From assembly GCA_964464465.1 (NCBI GenBank), contig CAYXGF010000002.1:1000-64999 (forward strand): a stretch of 64,000 nt of DNA, written 5' to 3'. A program made the translations under genes and the position numbers. Origin of the DNA: an uncultured Alistipes sp. (lineage in GTDB: Bacteria; Bacteroidota; Bacteroidia; Bacteroidales; Rikenellaceae). Under the pieces are notes generated by a model that saw only the letters and a program-made list of their open reading frames with translations, did no database searches and was not told the origin of the DNA. Positions 18,125 through 27,006 of the stretch are shown here, piece after piece (positions within the stretch are counted from its first letter, which is position 1; each line of letters opens with the position of its first letter).

Positions 18125-18765
18125 TGACAGGAAGGGAGAATATGCGCAGGGACAGAAGCATACCTACCGTGTTGAGCCGTGCCGTTTCGATGGTTCTGCA
18201 CCCGTTGCTGCTTCCGCTCTATATTTCTGTGTATCTGGCGGCCGACTATCCTCTGCTCGGACTGCTCAGTGTGTCTTCCCGAGTATATATCGTGGGGCTG
18301 GTGGCGGTGAATGCCGTTCTGCTGCCGGCATTCTACATGTGGATGATGATTCGTTTCGGTATCATACGCGACGTGTCGCTGAGCAGGCCCGCGGACAGGA
18401 TAAGGCCGCTGATTGTGGTCGCCATGTGCTACGGTCTTGCCGTGTGGGGATTTCGTGATATGGTGACGGCTTCGGTGATTTCCGCGGTGCTGTGGGCTGC
18501 CCTGCTCGGGGCCGTGATTGCGGCCGTCGTCACGCCGTTCTGGAAGATAAGCCTGCACATGATGGCTCAGGGCGGGGCGGTGGCTCTGTTTGCGATGCTC
18601 TGTGTGGGAGGCGTGTGTCCTGTGTGGCTGTTTTGCGTGGCTGTCGTCACGGCTGGAACGGTGGGTACGGTCAGACTGTATCTCGGCGCCCACAGTCCGT
18701 TGCAGGCCGCGGCCGGTTGGTTGGCCGGCGTGGCGATTATGTGCTGCTCGGTTCTGATAGCCTGA
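18124..18765 (+). CDS. PAP2-superfamily-like polytopic membrane protein (degenerate motifs)
   Basis: The ATG overlaps the rpoN stop (TGATG). It has about six TM helices. SLHMMAQGG and RLYLGAHSPLQ resemble PAP2 motifs C2 and C3, with Gln where the C3 Asp is expected. Confidence 0.5.
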   Translation: MTGRENMRRDRSIPTVLSRAVSMVLHPLLLPLYISVYLAADYPLLGLLSVSSRVYIVGLVAVNAVLLPAFYMWMMIRFGIIRDVSLSRPADRIRPLIVVAMCYGLAVWGFRDMVTASVISAVLWAALLGAVIAAVVTPFWKISLHMMAQGGAVALFAMLCVGGVCPVWLFCVAVVTAGTVGTVRLYLGAHSPLQAAAGWLAGVAIMCCSVLIA

Positions 18766-18798
18766 GCGGAAGGATACTTTTTTCTCGAAATAATACGT

Positions 18799-18806
18799 TA
18801 TCTTTG
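18799..18806 (+). promoter_or_regulatory. Bacteroidetes -7 box (TATCTTTG)
   Basis: An exact match lies 33 nt upstream of the ATG at 18839. Confidence 0.45.
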
Positions 18807-18838
18807 CACCGGTAAAACGGTTTAATATATAATAAGGT

Positions 18839-19309
18839 ATGCGATACACTCTGCGTGCGGTGAAATATTTCATCAGGCTCTCGATTCTGCTTGCGTTCAT
18901 ATTCATGCTGATGGTTGTCAGCGGAACGGCCGGCTTCTCCACGGACGATTTCTTCACTGAATTCTTCTCTTCGCGCCGTGGTATGGTTTTTTCGGTGGTG
19001 ATGGTGCTGTGGTGCGTCATATATCCGAAAGTGGAGTACGTGTCGCGTGAAATCGACGGGGTGCGTATCGATGGGGACCGTCCCAGGATTATAGCCGCAT
19101 TCGAGGCTGCCGGTTTCAGGCTTGAAAGCCGCTCCGACACCCGTCTTGTGTTCCGGGCCGCTTCGCTTTTCAGACGGGTGCTGCTTTTGTGGGAGGATGC
19201 TGTGACGGTAAGCGCTGCCGGGCGCGGTGTGGTCGTGGAAGGAAGCCGCAAGGCTGTTGCCGAGACGGGATTCCGAATCAAACTTTATACTGAACAGGAC
19301 AATGCTTAG
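18839..19309 (+). CDS. hypothetical membrane protein
   Basis: A 156-aa ORF with two TM helices and then a soluble domain of about 80 aa. It overlaps the next gene by 8 nt. Confidence 0.6.
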   Translation: MRYTLRAVKYFIRLSILLAFIFMLMVVSGTAGFSTDDFFTEFFSSRRGMVFSVVMVLWCVIYPKVEYVSREIDGVRIDGDRPRIIAAFEAAGFRLESRSDTRLVFRAASLFRRVLLLWEDAVTVSAAGRGVVVEGSRKAVAETGFRIKLYTEQDNA

Positions 19310-20969
19310 ACGCACAAGACATATTTTTCTCGCTTTCGCGGCCGTCGCAGCTGCGGCGCTGCTTACCGCCTCGGCCAGCCGCGATTTCAAAATGGGACAG
19401 AACATAGAGATTCTGGTCAATCTTTTCAGGGACCTGAATGTTTTTTATGTCGATGAGGTGGACCCCGACATGATGATGCAGGATGCCGCCGCGGGGATGG
19501 TCAGACGGCTGGACCCCTACACTGAGTTTTTGCCGGCCGAGAAGATGACGGATTTCGAGCTGATGACCACCGGAAAATACGGCGGCATAGGCTCCCTGAT
19601 ACGCCAGAAAGGCGAATGGGTCTATATCGCCGAACCGTACAAGGATTCTCCTGCCGACAGAGCAGGGTTGCAAATCGGTGACAGGATTCTGGAAATAAAC
19701 GGGGTGGATGCGCGCGGACTCGGCTCGCAGAAGGTCAGCTCGATGATGAAGGGCGAACCGGGAAGCACCTTGAAGATAAAGGTTGAGAAGTTCTACACCA
19801 AGGATATTGAGACTGTCACCATCAGGCGGGAGCGTATCGCCATACCTTCCATACCGTATTACGGCATGGTGGGGGACAGTATCGGATATATTCATCACAG
19901 CGACTTCACGGAGGGATGTGCCGACCGGATGCGTGCTGCCGTTGCCGATTTGAAGAGCCGCGGAGCGCGGTCGCTCATACTCGATTACCGCAGCAATGGC
20001 GGCGGAATCTTGCAGGAGGCCGTGGCCGTCGTGTCACTTTTCGTTCCAAAGGGTACCGAGGTGGTAAGCATGCGGGGACGTCAGAGCCAGAGTAACAAGA
20101 CATATTACACTGAGACCGAACCGATAGATACGGTGATGCCGCTGGCCGTGCTTACGGACAGTTACACGGCTTCATCGGCCGAGATAGTGGCTGGTGCATT
20201 GCAGGATTTGGACCGGGCGGTGCTCATCGGACGCAGGACATTCGGCAAGGGGCTTGTGCAGTCCACCCGGCCCACCGGCTTCAATTCGTATCTCAAAGTC
20301 ACCACCGCCAAGTATTATATTCCCAGCGGCCGTTGCATACAGGCCATAGACTATACGCACCGTAATCCCAACGGCAGTGTCGGATATGTGCCGGATTCGC
20401 TGATAAACGAGTTCCGCACGGCGGGCGGCCGGAAGGTTTATGACGGCGGAGGCATAATGCCCGACATACGTACCGAGCAGGAGTATGCGAGCGGTTTCGC
20501 GCTGTCGCTCTATGAGCAGGGGGCGATAGAGGATTTCGTGGACAGCGTCATGCTGGAAAATCCCGGTATGGAGATTTCGCCTCAGACATTCTCCCTGCCC
20601 GAGCAGTGGTACGGCCGTTTCGTGCGGCAGGCATCCCCGGCTGCGGCGAATTATAAATCCCGCACGGAGGAGGCGCTCGAACTTCTTGCCGAAAATGCAG
20701 GTCAGGAGTTGCTGCTGCCCGAGATAGAGAGCTATGCCGATTCGATACGCAGCAGGATAGCCGGGGGAAAAAGCGGCTATTTCGAACGCCATCGCAAGGA
20801 GTTGACCGAACTTCTTGAAGACGAGATACTTCTCAGACGAACCTATGCCGAGGGCGTGGCCATGCACAAGCTGCTCTCGGACGGGGATGTGAAGCGTGCC
20901 GAGAGGATACTTTCCGACCCCGGGGAGTACGAACGGATAGTGTCAAGCCAGCATACGCAAAGAAAATAA
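19302..20969 (+). CDS. S41-family C-terminal processing peptidase
   Basis: Start at MLRRTRHIFLAFAAVAAA (signal). It has a PDZ segment (GLQIGDRILEING), the Ser motif TASSAEIVAGALQD and FGKG. Confidence 0.85.
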   Translation: MLRRTRHIFLAFAAVAAAALLTASASRDFKMGQNIEILVNLFRDLNVFYVDEVDPDMMMQDAAAGMVRRLDPYTEFLPAEKMTDFELMTTGKYGGIGSLIRQKGEWVYIAEPYKDSPADRAGLQIGDRILEINGVDARGLGSQKVSSMMKGEPGSTLKIKVEKFYTKDIETVTIRRERIAIPSIPYYGMVGDSIGYIHHSDFTEGCADRMRAAVADLKSRGARSLILDYRSNGGGILQEAVAVVSLFVPKGTEVVSMRGRQSQSNKTYYTETEPIDTVMPLAVLTDSYTASSAEIVAGALQDLDRAVLIGRRTFGKGLVQSTRPTGFNSYLKVTTAKYYIPSGRCIQAIDYTHRNPNGSVGYVPDSLINEFRTAGGRKVYDGGGIMPDIRTEQEYASGFALSLYEQGAIEDFVDSVMLENPGMEISPQTFSLPEQWYGRFVRQASPAAANYKSRTEEALELLAENAGQELLLPEIESYADSIRSRIAGGKSGYFERHRKELTELLEDEILLRRTYAEGVAMHKLLSDGDVKRAERILSDPGEYERIVSSQHTQRK

Positions 20970-20979
20970 CGGTACAGGG

Positions 20980-22146
20980 GTGACAGGCAGACTTAGAAAC
21001 ATATCGCCTCCGGCGGCCCCGAGTCAGACGACCATCGTAGTCATCTGGATTGTCGTCTACGCGGCTGTGCTTCTGGCCTCCTCGGTTTTCGTCAAACAGC
21101 TCAGAGTCAAGGAGCAGTATTTCGTCTCGCTGTGGTCGTACGCCATGGGGCGGTTGGGCAGCTTTACGGATGACGACCCGCTTATCGAGATGATTATAAA
21201 CGAACGCAACACCATTCCGTTCGTGATAACGGACGAGCGTCTCAGCCCGGAGCACTATCATCTGGTGCCGGCCGGCATTGTAGACAACCCGAAGCTGCTG
21301 CGCAAATACATAGACTATCTGTCAGGCGTGAATCCTCCCATATCCATCAATATGTGGGACGGCTCGCGTCACTACGTCTTCTACGACGAGTCCCGTGTGT
21401 TGAAGAATATCACCTATTTCCCGTTGGTTCAGGTCATAGTCTTCGCTGTGCTGATGATTTCCGGAATCATGATATTCCGTACCTCCAAGCAGAGCGAACA
21501 GAATAACGTGTGGGTGGGGCTTGCCAAGGAGACCGCCCATCAGCTGGGCACGCCGACTTCGTCGCTTTTGGGGTGGCTCGAATATCTGCGCAGTCAGCCT
21601 ATCGACCAGAGTGCCGTGGAGGAGATAAACAAGGACCTGACGCATCTGACGAAAATCGTGGACCGGTTCTCCAAAATCGGTTCCCAGACCGAGTTGCAGC
21701 CTGCGACGGTTAACGAGACGGTCGGCGAGTGCGTCATCTATTTCCGCTCGCGCATACCCAAGAACGTTACCCTGAGCTACAATGCGCTGGCGACGGCACC
21801 GGTGAGGGCCATGCTGAATCCGGCGCTTTTCGAATGGGTGGTGGAGAATCTTCTCAAAAACGCACTCGACGCATTGCAGGGGCGCGGGGCGATAGACGTG
21901 AACATATCCTCCGACAATGAGAAGATTTATATAGATGTCTCGGACAACGGAAAGGGTATCTCGAAAGGTAACGTGAAGAAGATATTCGAACCGGGATTCA
22001 CGACCAAGACGCGCGGCTGGGGCCTGGGACTCTCGCTGAGCCGTCGAGTGATAGAGGATTACCACAAGGGGAAGATATTTGTTCTCAGTTCCGAGGTGGG
22101 GCGGGGAACGACGATAAGAATAATACTCAAACGAATATTCGAATAG
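20980..22146 (+). CDS. sensor histidine kinase (no adjacent response regulator)
   Basis: GTG start and two TM helices. It has an H-box (AHQLGTPTSSL), an N-box (ENLLKNALDA) and G-boxes (DNGKGI, GWGLGLS). Confidence 0.85.
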   Translation: MTGRLRNISPPAAPSQTTIVVIWIVVYAAVLLASSVFVKQLRVKEQYFVSLWSYAMGRLGSFTDDDPLIEMIINERNTIPFVITDERLSPEHYHLVPAGIVDNPKLLRKYIDYLSGVNPPISINMWDGSRHYVFYDESRVLKNITYFPLVQVIVFAVLMISGIMIFRTSKQSEQNNVWVGLAKETAHQLGTPTSSLLGWLEYLRSQPIDQSAVEEINKDLTHLTKIVDRFSKIGSQTELQPATVNETVGECVIYFRSRIPKNVTLSYNALATAPVRAMLNPALFEWVVENLLKNALDALQGRGAIDVNISSDNEKIYIDVSDNGKGISKGNVKKIFEPGFTTKTRGWGLGLSLSRRVIEDYHKGKIFVLSSEVGRGTTIRIILKRIFE

Positions 22147-22151
22147 GGAGC

Positions 22152-22871
22152 GTGTCTGTATATTCTGCCATATTTTCTGCCGTGGCTGCGGATGCGCTGC
22201 GCACGGTTATGATGCCGGGTGCAGTTGTGGTTCAGGTCATGAGCATAGCCGTATTTCTCGCCTATGCCGTGCTGCTGTATCTGTTTTCGGGAGAGGTGAA
22301 CAGTGTGGTGCGGGAAATCAAATCGGCTCCCGGAGCGCAGTCGGGCGATTCGGGCAACAGAAATTATTTGCTGCTCAACTGGACGGCGCATGCCGTCGGC
22401 GTATGTGCCGTTTCGGTTTTCGTGTGCCGGATTCTTTTCGTGTATGCCCCCGGAGCACTGTGCGGGGCTGCCCCGAAGTGGCTTGTTGCACTGCTCGGCG
22501 TGGCTGTAACGGCTGTGGTGGAGAGTGTGATGATGTTGCAGAGGTCGGCTGTGCTTGCAGCCGGATATGTGACGCAGAGCGATTCTTTTGCGCGGTCGCT
22601 TCTGCATCTGAGGAAAATCCATTTTACGATGTTCGGCGTGATTGTCGTACCTGTGATGCTGCTGTACAGTTCCTTCGGCGGAGAGTGGGATACGGCGTTT
22701 CTCTACACATGCCTGTTTATGACAGCCGGCGTGGTATTCGTGTATCTCTGGAAGAGTTGCGTTTTGTTTGTCGGTCAAAAAATTTCGATTTTGTATTGGT
22801 TTTTGTACCTTTGCACCGTGGAACTATTTCCGATAAGTCTTGTCATATCTATTTTATTGAGAATAATTTAA
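22152..22871 (+). CDS. DUF4271-like polytopic membrane protein
   Basis: GTG start and about six TM helices. Its position directly upstream of a hemD-like gene matches the arrangement I recall for DUF4271 in Bacteroidetes. Confidence 0.6.
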   Translation: MSVYSAIFSAVAADALRTVMMPGAVVVQVMSIAVFLAYAVLLYLFSGEVNSVVREIKSAPGAQSGDSGNRNYLLLNWTAHAVGVCAVSVFVCRILFVYAPGALCGAAPKWLVALLGVAVTAVVESVMMLQRSAVLAAGYVTQSDSFARSLLHLRKIHFTMFGVIVVPVMLLYSSFGGEWDTAFLYTCLFMTAGVVFVYLWKSCVLFVGQKISILYWFLYLCTVELFPISLVISILLRII

Positions 22872-22883
22872 ACTTTTTTCGAA

Positions 22884-23747
22884 GTGGTGAAAATAAAAAG
22901 GATTCTGGTATCGCAGCCTAAGCCTGCGGTAATCGAAAAATCTCCGTTTTTCGAAATCGCCGGCAAGTACGGTTTGGAGATAGACTATCTCCCTTTCATC
23001 AAGGTGGTGGGCGTGACGCTTAAAGAGTTTCGTGCGCAGAGAGTAGAGATTCTCAGTCATACGGCCATAATATTTACGAGCCGTACCACCATCGACAACT
23101 TCTTCCGTATCTGCGAGGAGGCGCGCATATCGATTCCCGAGACCATGAAATACTACTGCAATACGGAGGCCGTGGCGCTGTATCTGCAAAAATATATCGT
23201 CTACCGCAAACGTAAAATCGCATTCGCCGACGGCTCATTCGAGGGATTCATGGAGCTGCTGTTGAAGAACAAGAGCGAAAAAATGTTGCTCACGCTCTCC
23301 GAGCCGCATAAGCCGGAACTTCCGCAGACTCTGGAAAAACTGAAATTCAAATTCGACAAGCTGATTCTCAACCGTTCGGTGAGTGCGGATTTGAGCGATA
23401 TCAATCTTTCGGACTACCAGATGCTGGTATTCTATTCTCCCAATGAGATAAAGGTCCTCACCGAGGCGTTTCCGTCCGGAGAGCTGCCGCTTATCGCCAC
23501 GTTCGGCGTCGGTACGGCACGCACTGCCATCGAGAGCGGAATCACGGTCAATACCATGGCTCCTACGCCCGAGGCGCCCTCCATGGCTCGGGCCCTGGAT
23601 ATTTTCATTGAGAAAATAAATAAGGGAGAGTCCGTTCCGTGTGTCGAGATAGAGAAAGACAACAAAGCCGAGAATTTCGTCAAGGCACAGCAGTCCAAGG
23701 AGTCGCGCCGCCGCAGCGTGCGCAAGACGACAGCGGCGCATAAATAA
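22884..23747 (+). CDS. uroporphyrinogen-III synthase (HemD) family protein
   Basis: KIKRILVSQPKP...FTSRTTIDNFF is the Bacteroidetes HemD-like N-terminus. The start is GTG at 22884 or 22887. The basic C-terminal tail is not typical of the family. Confidence 0.7.
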   Translation: MVKIKRILVSQPKPAVIEKSPFFEIAGKYGLEIDYLPFIKVVGVTLKEFRAQRVEILSHTAIIFTSRTTIDNFFRICEEARISIPETMKYYCNTEAVALYLQKYIVYRKRKIAFADGSFEGFMELLLKNKSEKMLLTLSEPHKPELPQTLEKLKFKFDKLILNRSVSADLSDINLSDYQMLVFYSPNEIKVLTEAFPSGELPLIATFGVGTARTAIESGITVNTMAPTPEAPSMARALDIFIEKINKGESVPCVEIEKDNKAENFVKAQQSKESRRRSVRKTTAAHK

Positions 23748-23769
23748 TTCACTCACTGCACAGCTGGAT

Positions 23770-24144
23770 ATGCCGGATTTCACTCTGCCCAAGCAGCAGC
23801 GCCTGCACGGGAAAAGCAGTATAGATGCTCTTTTCGCAAAGGGCAGCCGCGGTTATGCGCATCCGTTCAGATACCTTTTCAGGTTCCGTGACGATGCGGA
23901 GCCGAGCGCCATACTCGTGTCCGCTCCCAAGAAGCTGCACAAGAGAGCCGTGAAACGCAATCTGCTCAAAAGACGCACGCGCGAAAGTTACAGGCAGTGC
24001 AAGCATCTGCTTGCGGACGCCCTGGCTGAGAAAGGGCTTTCGGCCGACATAGCTTTCATATACAATACGAAAGATATTCTCGATTATAACACGATAGACA
24101 ATGCCGTGCGAAAAATTCTCGAAACGATTCGCTCGCGCAGCTAA
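23770..24144 (+). CDS. rnpA: ribonuclease P protein component
   Basis: A 124-aa basic protein carrying the [19 protein letters not shown] (RNR-like) motif. Confidence 0.85.
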   Translation: MPDFTLPKQQRLHGKSSIDALFAKGSRGYAHPFRYLFRFRDDAEPSAILVSAPKKLHKRAVKRNLLKRRTRESYRQCKHLLADALAEKGLSADIAFIYNTKDILDYNTIDNAVRKILETIRSRS

Positions 24145-24361
24145 ACGTATTCTTTCCGCACCGTTGCTGGCCGCGATATGGATTTATCAGAACTGTATCT
24201 CGCCTTTCACTCCGCCGTCGTGCCGTTTTACTCCTACCTGCTCGCAGTATGCACGCGAGGCGGTGACGAAGTACGGACCGCTTAAAGGCGGCTGGCTTGC
24301 GCTTCGCCGCATACTGCGCTGTCATCCGTGGGGCGGCAGCGGCTATGACCCGGTGCCTTAG
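24101..24361 (+). CDS. yidD: membrane protein insertion efficiency factor
   Basis: [30 protein letters not shown]...[13 protein letters not shown] is the YidD signature. The start is uncertain: the ATG at 24101 overlaps rnpA by 44 nt. Confidence 0.8.
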   Translation: MPCEKFSKRFARAAKRILSAPLLAAIWIYQNCISPFTPPSCRFTPTCSQYAREAVTKYGPLKGGWLALRRILRCHPWGGSGYDPVP

Positions 24362-24547
24362 CGCCGTTGTGCGGCATCGCCATGCTGTCCGGTCAGTTAT
24401 CGGTCCGGTGCATGGACCACGAGGTGTTTTAAGTCCTGAGTTCCTGGAAACCGGTTTGGCCTGGGACCTTATGGGGGTCGCTGTATTGTTGCAGGTGGGT
24501 GGGCTGCCGTGTCTTTCAGCAGGCCCGTATTTCGCTGCCTTGCGAGC

Positions 24548-25123
24548 TTAGAGAAACAGCGGCAGTTTGGCTTCGAGACGGGAGAATCCGTAGTTGTCCG
24601 GTATATCTTTCACGCGCATCCAGCGGTACGAGTGCGATTCGGTCAAATCGAGTTCTATCGCAGTGTCGCCGCCGGAAAGAGAGAACAGGAAACGTATGTC
24701 ATGGTGATAATGCTCCGCTTCGTTCTTATATTCGCATGCGGGGATGTAGTGCGAATCTATGTCTACGATGCCGAATCCTTCACTTGTGGTGCATAGCGTC
24801 AGTCTGTCGGCCGTTATGCCTGTCTCTTCCCTTGCTTCGCGCAGAGCGGCATCGAGAATAGATGCGTCCGACGGCTCTACATGTCCTCCCGGCTGCAACC
24901 ATTTTTTTAGCTGTACGTGTTCGAGAAGCAGCAGCTCGCCGCTGTCCGGATTGTAAATCATGCCGCTGGCGGTTATGTGGCCTGTGAAGTTCTTGCGGTC
25001 GTACAGCTCGCTGCCGTCGAATGTCTCGATGAAACGGGCGAACTGCCGCAGCCTCGGCGCCTCGTCGGGAAACATGCTTAGATAGATGTTCAGGTCTTTT
25101 TGCAGGCTGGCTCTGGTTGTCAT
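24548..25123 (-). CDS. NUDIX hydrolase
   Basis: Start at MTTRASLQ. The Nudix box is GGHVEPSDASILDAALREAREETG. Confidence 0.85.
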   Translation of the reverse strand: MTTRASLQKDLNIYLSMFPDEAPRLRQFARFIETFDGSELYDRKNFTGHITASGMIYNPDSGELLLLEHVQLKKWLQPGGHVEPSDASILDAALREAREETGITADRLTLCTTSEGFGIVDIDSHYIPACEYKNEAEHYHHDIRFLFSLSGGDTAIELDLTESHSYRWMRVKDIPDNYGFSRLEAKLPLFL

Positions 25124-25144
25124 TTCTTTCCGATGTATTTGCTG

Positions 25145-25152
25145 CAAAAGTA
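25145..25152 (-). promoter_or_regulatory. Bacteroidetes -7 box (TACTTTTG) for the NUDIX gene
   Basis: The plus strand reads CAAAAGTA, 22 nt upstream of the ATG at 25123. This supports the internal start. Confidence 0.45.
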
Positions 25153-25228
25153 GCAAGAAGTCGTTTAAAATTCGACACGACTTATGAATTTTTGCCGGCA
25201 TCCTGCTTGAAAGTTTGCGGAGCATGCT

Positions 25229-25236
25229 TACTTTTG
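25229..25236 (+). promoter_or_regulatory. Bacteroidetes -7 box (TACTTTTG) for the Dabb gene
   Basis: An exact match lies 31 nt upstream of the ATG at 25267. Confidence 0.45.
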
Positions 25237-25266
25237 CATGTACGAACTTTTTAAACGTCTGTCGTT

Positions 25267-25572
25267 ATGCTCAAACATATAGTCATGTGGCGTCTTGCCG
25301 ACAGTGCCGAGGGCAAGAGCAAGGCCGAGAACGCGCAGTGGATGAAGGAGAATCTCGAAGCGCTTGTCGGGGTGGTTCCCCAACTGCTGTCCGCCGAGGT
25401 CGGCATAAACGTATGCCGGTCGGATATGGCATACGATGCAGTTCTGGTGTCGACGTTCGACAATCAGCAGGCCCTGGCGGAATACAAGGTGCATCCGGCG
25501 CACAAGGCCATAAGCGATTACTGCAAGAAAGTGCGTATTTCGCGCGTGGTTTGCGACTACGAGGTAGAGTGA
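25267..25572 (+). CDS. Dabb (stress-responsive alpha/beta-barrel) family protein
   Basis: A 101-aa ORF. MLKHIVMWRL...HPAH is typical of the Dabb fold family. Confidence 0.75.
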   Translation: MLKHIVMWRLADSAEGKSKAENAQWMKENLEALVGVVPQLLSAEVGINVCRSDMAYDAVLVSTFDNQQALAEYKVHPAHKAISDYCKKVRISRVVCDYEVE

Positions 25573-25582
25573 GGACGGTAGG

Positions 25583-26050
25583 CTACAATTCGCAGCCTTT
25601 TTCCATAAGGTACTCCCCGACGATGCGTGCTGCGCAAGCTACGTATTCTGCGCACGGCCGTTTGCGGTAATATTCCGGCGTTCGGTCGGACGGTTCGGGG
25701 GACTCTTTCGCCTCTTGCAGTCCGAGCAGCGTCCGGCATACTATGCTTCCGTTGTGCTGCCTGAACTTTTCCGCGAAGTTCTGCACCAGTGCGTAATTGG
25801 CTGTACGGGAGTTTTTGTCCGCAGGGTCGGTGGCCGGGGATATCAGCGCCGCGAGCATGGACATTCCGCTCACCGCTCCGCATACTTCACGCATGCGTCC
25901 CATGCCTCCTCCGAATGAGGCGGCCAGTTTGGTTGCCGTGTGGATGTCTTCTCCAAGTATGTCGTCGAATGCCGCGACTACCGATTGCGCGCAGTTGTAG
26001 CCGGAGTGAAACAACTCGACGGCTTTTTGTGTCCGTTCTTCTATTGTCAT
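25583..26050 (-). CDS. C_GCAxxG_C_C family protein
   Basis: SGYNCAQSV plus GGGMG...VCGAVSG and C-terminal Cys residues match the family name motif. Confidence 0.75.
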   Translation of the reverse strand: MTIEERTQKAVELFHSGYNCAQSVVAAFDDILGEDIHTATKLAASFGGGMGRMREVCGAVSGMSMLAALISPATDPADKNSRTANYALVQNFAEKFRQHNGSIVCRTLLGLQEAKESPEPSDRTPEYYRKRPCAEYVACAARIVGEYLMEKGCEL

Positions 26051-26076
26051 GTCTGAGTTAGTTTAGGCAGGTGTTT

Positions 26077-26985
26077 TCAGGAATTCTTTATGTGTACGTC
26101 CATTTGCGGGAACGGGAAGTTGACCCCTTTCGAGGGCAGTATGGCGTACATCTTTTCGTTGACCGAGTAGAATACGTTCCAGTAGTCCGCATTGTTCACC
26201 CAGCCCCGGACTGCGAGGACTACGGCATTGTCGCCAAGAGACGAGATGGAGATGAACGGTACAGGGTCGGTCTTTATCCTGGTGTCGGCTTTTAGAATCG
26301 AGAGAATTTCTTTTTTGGCATTTTCGAAATCGTCGCCGTATGATATTGTGACGCTCCAATCGACACGGCGCAACGGAGCCGTAGAGTAGTTGTTTATGAT
26401 GCTTGTCGAGATTCCGTTGTTGGGTATTATTATGGTTTTGTTGTCGTTCGTGGTGATTATGGTGTTGAACAGCCGGATGTCCTTCACGGTTCCGCTCTGT
26501 CCCTGTGCCTCGATGAAGTCTCCGACACGGTATGGTCTGAGAAGCAGAATCATTACTCCGCCGGCGAAGTTCTGCAACGTCCCGCTAAGGGCCATTCCCA
26601 CGGCCAGACCCGCCGATGCGAAGATTGCCAGGAAGGATGAGGTGTTTATTCCGAGTATTCCTACCACGGTGAATATCACGAGTATATGGAGCGTTATGTT
26701 TACCGTCGAACGGAAAAACGAACGCAGCGAGAGGTCTACATTGCGGTTTTCGTAGATTCTGTCGAGGACCCTGAGCAGCCATTTTATAATCCAGCGGCAA
26801 ATCATGAAGACGATGATTGCCAGGATTATCTTCTTGCCCGCACTGACGATGTCGTTAAGAATCGTGGTCCATAGGTCGTGGGCGTCCATCGATGCCAGCG
26901 ATTCTATTTTCCGGGTGATTTTGCTCCGTACCACGCTGTCGGCCGGCACTTCCGGAACGGGCAGCTGTAAAAAATCGAATATCAT
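26077..26985 (-). CDS. mechanosensitive ion channel (MscS family)
   Basis: TM helices are followed by LAVGMALSGTLQNFAGGVMILLLRPYRVGDFI and a beta domain. Confidence 0.85.
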   Translation of the reverse strand: MIFDFLQLPVPEVPADSVVRSKITRKIESLASMDAHDLWTTILNDIVSAGKKIILAIIVFMICRWIIKWLLRVLDRIYENRNVDLSLRSFFRSTVNITLHILVIFTVVGILGINTSSFLAIFASAGLAVGMALSGTLQNFAGGVMILLLRPYRVGDFIEAQGQSGTVKDIRLFNTIITTNDNKTIIIPNNGISTSIINNYSTAPLRRVDWSVTISYGDDFENAKKEILSILKADTRIKTDPVPFISISSLGDNAVVLAVRGWVNNADYWNVFYSVNEKMYAILPSKGVNFPFPQMDVHIKNS

Positions 26986-27006
26986 GTTTTTGTATATCTG
27001 AGTCGG

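Noticed and set aside
24395-24540. A possible fourth copy of the repeat: CAGTTATCG plus the hairpin GGTCCGGTGCATGGACC, then ...CAGGCCCGTATTTCGC.
   Set aside because: Only the short end words resemble the family. The central GCGGGCCGGAGCC and GCCCGCTCATTTCATTCG blocks are absent and the length differs. The evidence is too weak without a proper alignment.
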